From positions 64,001 to 128,000 of the forward strand of contig CAWIIQ010000003.1 of assembly GCA_963836185.1 (NCBI GenBank): DNA of 64,000 nucleotides. Reading direction: 5' to 3'. The DNA is from Candidatus Krumholzibacteriia bacterium. Lineage in GTDB: Bacteria; Krumholzibacteriota; Krumholzibacteriia; Krumholzibacteriales; Krumholzibacteriaceae. Both the position numbers and the translations under genes were made by a program. The number at the start of each line of letters is the position of its first letter. Positions within the stretch are counted from its first letter, which is position 1. Positions 55,507 to 64,000 of this stretch are shown piece by piece. The notes beneath the pieces are model-generated. The model was given only the letters and a program-made list of their open reading frames with translations. It searched no databases and was not told the DNA's origin.

Positions 55507-57319
55507 AGCCGCCCCTCTCGATGAAGACCATGAGGACCGATACGTCCGAGTTCCTCACCCCGGCGAGCCTGGCCGCCTTCCCGAGTGTCTCCGGCCTGAA
55601 TTTCTCGAGCACTTCCCTCGCCTCTGTGCTCAGCGCCTCTATATCCCTGTATGAGAATCCCTCGGGGATCCTTCTTCTCTCCATCCTCTTGAGCTTTTCG
55701 GCGGTCCTGTCCTGGCGTTTGATATATCCGCTGTACTTTATCCGGATCTCGAGAGCCTCCCTTTCCCTCCTGCCCAGGCCGAGCGGGCCATAGGGCAGAA
55801 GGGGCTCCAGATCGTCCAGTGTGATCCCGGGACGCTGAAGAAGCCGTGCCGCGCGCATCCTCCCCGTCTCCTTCGTGCTTACGCTCTCTCCTTCCAGCCT
55901 CCGCCTGCCCCCCTGGACAGCTCTTCTGGATTCCGTCATCCTCTCCCACTGCTCTCTCTGAAGGAGCCCGAACCTCACGGCATACTTCAGGAGCCTCTCG
56001 TCCGCGTTGTCCTGCCTCAGGGAAAGCCTGTATTCCGCTCTTGAGGTAAACATCCTGTACGGCTCCCTTATCTCCTTTGTCACAAGGTCATCGATCAGAA
56101 CACCCGCGTAAGCCTCGCTCCGCCCCGGTACGAAGGGCTCCTTCCCCTCCATCGCAAGGACGGCGTTGATCCCTGCGACAAGGCCCTGGGCAGCGGCCTC
56201 CTCGTAACCTGATGTCCCGTTGATCTGCCCGGCAAGGTAGAGGCCGCGCAGGTCACGCGCCTCGAGGGTCGAATGTATCTGGTGCGGAGGGAAAAAATCG
56301 TACTCTATGGCGTATCCGTATCTCGCGATATCCGCCTCTTCCAGCCCCGGCACGGACCTTACCATCTCAAGCTGCACCTCTTCCGGAAGGCTTGTCGAGA
56401 GGCCGTTTACATATATCTCCTCAGAATCCCGTCCTTCCGGTTCGAGGAAGAGCTGGTGCCTCGGCTTTTCCGAGAACCTTACCACCTTGTCTTCTATCGA
56501 CGGGCAGTATCTCGGCCCCGTTCCCTGGATCTGCCCCGAAAAGAGTGGAGCGCGTCCTATATTCGCCCTTATGATCTCGTGAGTCTTCTCTGTCGTCCAG
56601 GTGACATGACACGGGACCTGGTCGACGACGAGCCTCTCCGTCCTGAACGAGAAGGGGGCCGGGTCCTCGTCGCCCGGCTGAGCCTGGCACCGGGAAAGAT
56701 CGATCGATCCCTTTACCAGCCGGGGGGGTGTTCCAGTCTTCAGCCTTGCCCTCTCGAGCCCGAGCCCTGCCAGCGAGTCGGAAAGAAGGCACGAAGGAGG
56801 CTCTCCCTCTCTGCCTCCAGGTATCTGCTTTTCACCTATATGCATCAGCCCGTTCGGAAATGTGCCCAGCGCGAGGATCACCTTCTCCGCGTCGATATTC
56901 CCGCCATCTGCCGTTCTCATCCTCCATCCCCCCGATCCATCCTTCTCCAGGCCGGTTATCTCCGCCTCTATCAGGTCGAGGTTCTTCTGTGCCTCGAGGA
57001 CCGAGAGCATCCTCTCGTGGTAGGCCGCCTTGTCCGCCTGCGCTCTCGGGGACCATACCGCCGGCCCCTTCGCCCTGTTGAGCATCCTGAACTGGATCCC
57101 CGCATGATCTATGCAGAGCCCCATCTCTCCGCCCAGGGCGTCGATCTCCCTGACAAGCTGCCCCTTCGCCAGTCCGCCGATCGCCGGGTTGCAGGGCATC
57201 CTGGCGATGTCTCCCTTTCGTATCGTGACAAGAAGCGTCTGCACGCCCATCCTGGCGCAGGCGAGCGATGCCTCGCACCCGGCGTGACCTCCTCCGATAA
57301 CTATAACAGGGTATCTCAA
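55496..57319 (-). CDS. mnmG: tRNA uridine 5-carboxymethylaminomethyl modification enzyme (GidA)
   Basis: GGGHAGCEA, CNPAIGG, RLKTGTPPR, GPRYCPSIEDK, AGQINGTSGYEEAAAQG. Confidence 0.97.
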   Translation of the reverse strand: MRYPVIVIGGGHAGCEASLACARMGVQTLLVTIRKGDIARMPCNPAIGGLAKGQLVREIDALGGEMGLCIDHAGIQFRMLNRAKGPAVWSPRAQADKAAYHERMLSVLEAQKNLDLIEAEITGLEKDGSGGWRMRTADGGNIDAEKVILALGTFPNGLMHIGEKQIPGGREGEPPSCLLSDSLAGLGLERARLKTGTPPRLVKGSIDLSRCQAQPGDEDPAPFSFRTERLVVDQVPCHVTWTTEKTHEIIRANIGRAPLFSGQIQGTGPRYCPSIEDKVVRFSEKPRHQLFLEPEGRDSEEIYVNGLSTSLPEEVQLEMVRSVPGLEEADIARYGYAIEYDFFPPHQIHSTLEARDLRGLYLAGQINGTSGYEEAAAQGLVAGINAVLAMEGKEPFVPGRSEAYAGVLIDDLVTKEIREPYRMFTSRAEYRLSLRQDNADERLLKYAVRFGLLQREQWERMTESRRAVQGGRRRLEGESVSTKETGRMRAARLLQRPGITLDDLEPLLPYGPLGLGRREREALEIRIKYSGYIKRQDRTAEKLKRMERRRIPEGFSYRDIEALSTEAREVLEKFRPETLGKAARLAGVRNSDVSVLMVFIERGGYEG

Positions 57320-57353
57320 AAACAGACCGCCAGAATGTGGATATAGTTAGTAA

Positions 57354-58721
57354 CTATTTGCCAATACAGAAATTAGAAAATATCTCGTCGAGGATGTCCT
57401 CGGCTGCCGACCTGCCCGTGACCTCACCGCAGGCATCGAGCGCCTCCCTTATCTCGAGGCTGAGGATCTCTGCCGGGGAATTTTCCCCCAGCTCTTTCAG
57501 GAGTCTCTCGAGCGCCTCCTCTGCACGACGCAACGCCATGCCCTGTCTTATGTTAAGGGCAATACGCTCGCCCTCGAGGCTTGATATCCCGCCGTTTGCC
57601 GTGAACTCGAAGATCTTCTCCCTGAGGTCCGCAAGCCCTTCTCCGGTGACCGCCGAAGCCGTTACCGTCCGCTGCGTGCCTGCGGGCGAATTTTCCGCCG
57701 CCTCCCCGCCTCCAGGGACAAGGTCGGCCTTGTTCACCACTACGAGCCTGCTCCCCGTTTCGTGTGCCCTCAGCTCCTCCATCGCCCCGTCCGTCCATCC
57801 CTCGCCGGCGTCTATGACGAAGAGGACGAGATCGGCCGCGCCGGCCGCCTCTCTCCCCTTGCGCATCCCTTCGCTCTCGATCTCGCAACCCGTCTCGGCC
57901 AGACCGGCCGTGTCCTCGAGATAGTACGTGTATCCCCGGATATGGATCCGCTCCCTCAGCACATCCCGCGTAGTGCCGGGAACGGATGATACGATGGCCC
58001 TTTCCTCGCCGAGAAGGGCGTTGTACAGGCTGCTCTTTCCCGCGTTTCTCGGCCCTGTGATCGTTACCCTGATGCCCCGCCTCAGCTGCGCTCCGGCCAC
58101 CTCTGATTCGAGAAGGTCCGAGATCTCAACGATCAGGGTCCGTGAAAGGGCAGCGAGGCCTTCGGCCGAATATGTCTCTATATCCTCTTCGGGGAAATCG
58201 ATCGATGCCTCGACCAGCGCGAGGTTCGTCCGCAGCCTTTTCTCGATCGCCACGACCTTTCTCGAGAGGCCTCCCTCGAGATGCTCGAGCGCCACCTGGG
58301 CCTGAAGCCTTGTTTCGGCAGCTATAAGGTCCGCCACGGCTTCTGCCTGTGCGAGGTCGAGCCTGCCCGAAAGGTAGGCCCTCCTGGTAAACTCGCCAGG
58401 CCCGGCAAGACGCGCCCCCCTGCGGACTGCCTCCTCGATGATCGAGGATACGACCTGCATGCTCCCGTGGCACGAGATCTCAACCGAATCTTCGCCTGTA
58501 TATGAATTCGGGCCGTGAAAGAGGGATGCTACGACATCGTCGAGCATCTCCCGGCCCTTGCCGCAGAGAGCGCAGTTGTGGAGCGTTCTCGGCTCCCACG
58601 CCCCCGCTCCGGGCGCCATCGTCTCCAGGATCCCTGCCGCCTCCGGTCCCGAGATCCTGATAACCGCGATCCCCGAGCTGCCGGGCGGCGTGCTCAGGGC
58701 GACGATCGTGTCACCGTGCAT
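57354..58721 (-). CDS. mnmE: tRNA modification GTPase
   Basis: TIVALSTPPG, PNSYTGED, GEFTRRA, NAGKSSL, GTTRD, DTAG, NKAD, FCIGK. Confidence 0.97.
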   Translation of the reverse strand: MHGDTIVALSTPPGSSGIAVIRISGPEAAGILETMAPGAGAWEPRTLHNCALCGKGREMLDDVVASLFHGPNSYTGEDSVEISCHGSMQVVSSIIEEAVRRGARLAGPGEFTRRAYLSGRLDLAQAEAVADLIAAETRLQAQVALEHLEGGLSRKVVAIEKRLRTNLALVEASIDFPEEDIETYSAEGLAALSRTLIVEISDLLESEVAGAQLRRGIRVTITGPRNAGKSSLYNALLGEERAIVSSVPGTTRDVLRERIHIRGYTYYLEDTAGLAETGCEIESEGMRKGREAAGAADLVLFVIDAGEGWTDGAMEELRAHETGSRLVVVNKADLVPGGGEAAENSPAGTQRTVTASAVTGEGLADLREKIFEFTANGGISSLEGERIALNIRQGMALRRAEEALERLLKELGENSPAEILSLEIREALDACGEVTGRSAAEDILDEIFSNFCIGK

Positions 58722-58725
58722 GGCT

Positions 58726-59430
58726 CTAGTCTCTGTCTCTGTACCGGCCGCCGCCCCTTCTCTCCCGCCCCTTGCCCGCAGGCGCTATGCAGACCTTCCT
58801 CATATCGCCGTTGCCGGTAGTATATGTCGATATTCCCTCTTCGTTTGTGAGGGCAACGTGGACGATCCTTCTCTCGGACGCCTTCATGGGCTCCATCTGG
58901 ACCTCACGGTTCGATTTCCTCGCCCGTTCGGCCGCCTTGACCGCCTTCTGCCGGAGGATCTCCTGGCGGTTCTTGAGGTACCCGCCGACATCGAGCGTCA
59001 GCCTCTGGTACCCTCCCATCTTTCTCGAGACGATCCGGCCGACAAGGTGCTGAAGGGAATTGAGCGTGTCTCCCTTTCGCCCTATCAGAAGGCCGTCTAC
59101 TCCCGCCGTCTCGATATTTATATAGGTGGCGTCATCGTCGGTCTCGGAGAAGAGCCTGTAGCTGATATCAAGGCTTTCCATTATGTAGCCCGCTACCTCG
59201 TCGGCTATCTCCTCGATCCCTTTCGAGTCGGTCTTCTTTGTGACCCTTATCCTCGCGTCCCTCGCGCCGAATATGTTCAGCACGCCCTTCTGTCCCGCGT
59301 CGAGTATCTCTATCTCGACATTCTCTACCTTCGTGTCGAGCGTCTTCAGCGCCCTGGCGAGAGCTTTCTGCACACTTTTGCCGGTAGTCTCTATGACTTT
59401 CCCGCTCTCTTCTATTCCGGAACCTCTCAT
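58726..59430 (-). CDS. jag: Jag/EloR (KhpB) RNA-binding protein
   Basis: Jag_N, KH (LIGRKGDTLNSLQ) and R3H (ERRIVH) domains. Confidence 0.92.
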   Translation of the reverse strand: MRGSGIEESGKVIETTGKSVQKALARALKTLDTKVENVEIEILDAGQKGVLNIFGARDARIRVTKKTDSKGIEEIADEVAGYIMESLDISYRLFSETDDDATYINIETAGVDGLLIGRKGDTLNSLQHLVGRIVSRKMGGYQRLTLDVGGYLKNRQEILRQKAVKAAERARKSNREVQMEPMKASERRIVHVALTNEEGISTYTTGNGDMRKVCIAPAGKGRERRGGGRYRDRD

Positions 59431-59481
59431 GTCGATATCTCCTCTTTCCCGATATCAGAATCCTGTCGATATGCTGGCCTG

Positions 59482-61257
59482 TCAGGCCCTTTCGACGACT
59501 GTCAGATCTTCGGACTCTATCTGTCTGTGAACTATATACTGCTGGACGATCGAGAATATATTGTTGACCAGCCAGTAAAGCACAAGCCCCGAGGGCATGT
59601 TGTAAAACAGGACGGTGAACACTACCGGCATCATCGTCTGCATCATCTTCTGCTGGCCCGCGGCCCCGGTCGCCGGGCCACCCGTGGGCGAACCGCCTCC
59701 GGTCTTCGACTGGACGTACATCGCAACGCCCATCAACAGCGGCAGAAGGTGGAACTCGCTCCCGAGGAATGGGAGCTTTACCCCGAAATCAAAAAGAACG
59801 TCGGGCGAAGAAAGGTCGTTCATCCACAGAATGAACGGAGCCCCCCTCAGCTCGATCGTATTCCTCAGAACGCTGAACAGCGCGATGAAGACGGGCATCT
59901 GGAAGAGGAGCGGCAGGCATCCGCCCAGCGGATTGACTCCGGCCTCCTTGTACAGCTTCATCGTCTCCTGGTTCAGCTTGGTCTTGTCATCCTTGTACTT
60001 GTCCTGCAGCTCCTTCAGCCTCGGCTGAAGCCTCTGCATGTCCTTCATCGATTTGAAGCTTTTGTGTGTCAGCCTGTAGAAGAGGACCTTTGTCAGGACC
60101 GACAGGATGATGATCACGACCCCTATGTTGGGGATGAATCCTCCCATCCATATCATCAGCCCAAGGATGAATTTGCTGAAGAACCGCAAGCGTCCAAGGT
60201 CGATAGTCTTCTCCAGGCCCACACCGTATTCCTTCAGCGCGTTGATGTCCTGCGGGCCCATGTAGAGAACGAATTCGTCCCTGACCATCCTTGGATCGCC
60301 GCTGAAAGGATAGGTGACCGACCAGCCGACCTGCGGCAGGTCCTTGTCCCCTGTCATCCCCAGCGTCCCTGTCCTCTGCGTCCCCGTAAGGACGGCGGTG
60401 AGGAAATACTTGCTCCTTGCGCCCGCCCAGACGACAACGCCTTCCTGTTCCTTCAGCCCGGTCTTTCCGAAACTCCGCGCCGATTCGGTGAAGATCTCCT
60501 CGCCGACCTTGCCCATCGAGGCAAGCTGGCGTTTCTCCCACTTCTGGTCCTTTTCGTTCAGCGCCAGGCCGCAGCTCCAGGAAACCGAATAGGAGCGGCT
60601 GTCCCTGAGCGCCCCTTCCCTGCCTATCGCAACGGAAAGTCCAGCTTCGTAGCTGCCGCGCATGAATCTGAACCGTTTCTCTACCATTCCTCCATCGGCC
60701 GATTCCCTTGTGAAGGCTATCTCGGCCTCGTCGTTTCCCTCGCCGAGGAGTACGCGCTCTCCGTCAACGGCCTCCCTGCCATTCACCATGACCGCATAGC
60801 GAACGCCCGAAAGCCCCATCCAGCGGCCGTCCCTCTCTATGCTGAGCGAGACCGCGCCACCCCTGTTTTCCGGTACGAGCTGCACGTCGCCCCCGCCGAA
60901 CCTCCTGTATTCGGTAAGCTCTACGCTTGATATCTCCCCTCCCAGGCTTGTCAGCCTGACGACCATGGGGCCTGTATCAACCGTGATCGAGACTTCCTCC
61001 CCATCCTCGCCGAAAAAGCCTTCTGCTCCAGGCTCTACGGCTGTCTCCAGCTCCGGCACTTCTTCAGCTGCCTGCTCGAGATCCGGCGTCTCTACCGACT
61101 CTGTCGCCCCGGCTTCCGCCGCGGCGATCGAATCTGCCCTGGCCTGTTCGATCCTTACCCTCGCGGCTTCCTGCTGCCGGGGACGCACGTAGATCATCTG
61201 CCAGGCTATAAGTATCGCGAATGTGATAAAAATGGCGATTAATGAACGTTTGTCCAT
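59482..61257 (-). CDS. yidC: Membrane protein insertase YidC
   Basis: SMKDMQRLQP, GVNPLGGCLP, QMPVF, PSGLVLYW. Confidence 0.96.
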   Translation of the reverse strand: MDKRSLIAIFITFAILIAWQMIYVRPRQQEAARVRIEQARADSIAAAEAGATESVETPDLEQAAEEVPELETAVEPGAEGFFGEDGEEVSITVDTGPMVVRLTSLGGEISSVELTEYRRFGGGDVQLVPENRGGAVSLSIERDGRWMGLSGVRYAVMVNGREAVDGERVLLGEGNDEAEIAFTRESADGGMVEKRFRFMRGSYEAGLSVAIGREGALRDSRSYSVSWSCGLALNEKDQKWEKRQLASMGKVGEEIFTESARSFGKTGLKEQEGVVVWAGARSKYFLTAVLTGTQRTGTLGMTGDKDLPQVGWSVTYPFSGDPRMVRDEFVLYMGPQDINALKEYGVGLEKTIDLGRLRFFSKFILGLMIWMGGFIPNIGVVIIILSVLTKVLFYRLTHKSFKSMKDMQRLQPRLKELQDKYKDDKTKLNQETMKLYKEAGVNPLGGCLPLLFQMPVFIALFSVLRNTIELRGAPFILWMNDLSSPDVLFDFGVKLPFLGSEFHLLPLLMGVAMYVQSKTGGGSPTGGPATGAAGQQKMMQTMMPVVFTVLFYNMPSGLVLYWLVNNIFSIVQQYIVHRQIESEDLTVVERA

Positions 61258-61302
61258 TCTTCACTTCCCTTCGGCGATGCGTCAGGTTTTTCGCAGCTTG
61301 AG

Positions 61303-61527
61303 TCAGCGGACGGGGTCATAGCCCCCGGCGGAGAATGGATGGCAGCGCAGAAGCCTCATGAGCGCCCTGGCCGAACCCTTGAAAGGTCCGTACTTCTTCA
61401 GCGCCTCTTCGGCATAATGTGAACAGGAAGGTGTATATCTGCAGACTGGTCCGTGATACGGGGATATGGCGATCCTGTATATCCTGATGGCCGATACGGC
61501 CGCTTTTGTCAGAATTCTTGTTATCAT
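61303..61527 (-). CDS. yidD: Membrane protein insertion efficiency factor
   Basis: CRYTPSCSHY, RCHPF..GGYDPV. Confidence 0.95.
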   Translation of the reverse strand: MITRILTKAAVSAIRIYRIAISPYHGPVCRYTPSCSHYAEEALKKYGPFKGSARALMRLLRCHPFSAGGYDPVR

Positions 61528-61874
61528 ACGCCGTTTGATATCAGTCCGGCTCTCTTTAAAGAGCTCTCTACATCTTCCGTCAGCTGCTTCAGTGTTGTCT
61601 CCGACGGGTCGAACGAGGCGATGAATACTATCCAGAGATTCTTTTCGTTGATGTGGCGGGCTATGCTTCTGTATGCCTCTCTCATCAACCTCTTCGCCCT
61701 GTTTCGCTGACTGGCCCTGTTTCCTACATTTTTTTTGCTGGCCACAAATCCCGGGAGGATCCCCCCGTCGCCGGTTTTCAGGAAATAGATGACGATCTTC
61801 TTTCCGGCTTCCCTGCGGCCCTCTCTGTAAGCACGTCTGAATTGACTTGTGTTCTTGAGTCCCTTCGGTGCCAT
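61524..61874 (-). CDS. rnpA: Ribonuclease P protein component
   Basis: GFVASKK.VG..QRNRAKRLMRE (RNR motif). Confidence 0.92.
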   Translation of the reverse strand: MAPKGLKNTSQFRRAYREGRREAGKKIVIYFLKTGDGGILPGFVASKKNVGNRASQRNRAKRLMREAYRSIARHINEKNLWIVFIASFDPSETTLKQLTEDVESSLKRAGLISNGV

Positions 61875-61897
61875 GGGTTCATTCCGCCCCCCGCACC

Positions 61898-62032
61898 CTA
61901 GGTCGCGAGGCGCTTTCTTCCTCTTGCCCTCCTTCTCTTGAGCACCAGACGGCCGTTCTTCGAACTCATCCGTTTGCGAAATCCGTGTGTCCGTTTTCTT
62001 CTCTTGTTATGCGGCTGATATGTTCGCTTCAT
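61898..62032 (-). CDS. rpmH: 50S ribosomal protein L34
   Basis: Manual translation [44 protein letters not shown]; not in the ORF track. Confidence 0.96.
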   Translation of the reverse strand: MKRTYQPHNKRRKRTHGFRKRMSSKNGRLVLKRRRARGRKRLAT

Positions 62033-62097
62033 ATCCGGGTCCCCGATCCTCTTCTAAATAGTTGAAGGCGTTGCCATTTACAGTATATAAACAACTT

Positions 62098-62126
62098 ACA
62101 ATAGAAAAGGGGGTCAATGATGTCAA
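62098..62126 (-). promoter_or_regulatory. Sigma70 promoter of the rpmH operon
   Basis: TTGACA, 17 nt, TATTGT. Confidence 0.65.
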
Positions 62127-62199
62127 GCATTATATGCTCCAGGCGCCCTAATCCTCAGCGCCCCAACCTCTTTTGAAAGCATGGGCCGGAGCGTTCGGC

Positions 62200-62540
62200 G
62201 GTCCGCACTGGACATCATCCGGAGTCAACGAATTTTGACTTTCGTATCTCCATATTTGTTAGATGCTTGTAAAATTTTTCCTCTTTTTGGAAAAATTGCC
62301 TTGCTAAGCTTTCTGCCAGCGTGCTACATTTCCGTCCGCGGGATGAGGGGAGTATTCCAAATTTCCATGTGCCAACACCCTTGATCTACACCATCCGGAC
62401 CGAATGCGTGGAATTGTGGAAAACGCTCTTTAGACACTCAGGGTAGCCCGCCGAATCGATTGTCACACTTAAAAATAACGGGTTTTCCACAATTGTGGGA
62501 AATTCGGGGGAAAAGGGAAATAACCGTTATTTCCTGTGCA
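62200..62540. other. oriC-associated region upstream of dnaA with DnaA-box-like sites
   Basis: AT-rich. TGTGGAAAA 62415-62423, TTTTCCACA 62483-62491, TGTGGGAAA 62494-62502. Gene orientation flips here. Confidence 0.7.
62301..62330 (+). promoter_or_regulatory. Putative dnaA promoter
   Basis: TTGCTA, 18 nt, TG-n-TACATT. Confidence 0.45.
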
Positions 62541-62574
62541 TTGGTGTCGCTGGTGCCCAAAAAGAGATACAGGG

Positions 62575-63954
<1,380 letters not shown>

Positions 63955-63960
63955 CACATC

Positions 63961-63994
63961 ATTTCCACACTTTCCACAGAGAACCTGTTAACAA
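63961..63994. other. DnaA-box-like cluster downstream of dnaA (likely start of the dnaA-dnaN oriC segment)
   Basis: Tandem ATTTCCACA (63961-63969) and CTTTCCACA (63970-63978). Confidence 0.6.
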
Positions 63995-64000
63995 CCCCTT

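Overview
GC-rich bacterial chromosomal segment that ends at the replication origin. It carries dnaA, rpmH-rnpA-yidD-yidC-jag-mnmE-mnmG-rsmG, two parS sites and parAB. Gene content (FlgD-Ig/T9SS-type C-terminal domains, many lipoproteins) suggests an FCB-group organism such as Ca. Krumholzibacteriota/Latescibacterota; this is inference. Many genes, including essential ones (ligA, metG, holB, parA), carry single-base frameshifts, most likely long-read assembly errors. Other content: a tandem array of at least 3 paralogous secreted proteins (the two complete ones about 1000 aa), a DUF4912/GH57/GH57 glycogen cluster, ligA, two unannotated Cys-rich miniproteins, an Hcy-methyltransferase with a MATE transporter, ald, pdxJ, five related lipoproteins behind an outer-membrane beta-barrel, rsmA, a TatD-radical SAM fusion, metG, PSP1, holB, envC-ftsXE, pdxA, three PPIases, mfd, MoxR/DUF58/BatA, an S9 peptidase, Hsp20, a bactofilin and an M23 peptidase. 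Best leads: a candidate stand-alone ~200-nt structured ncRNA with its own promoter and terminator (18503-18699, minus), a structured ~270-nt leader upstream of the secreted-protein array, the barrel plus lipoprotein array, and the Cys-rich miniprotein pair.
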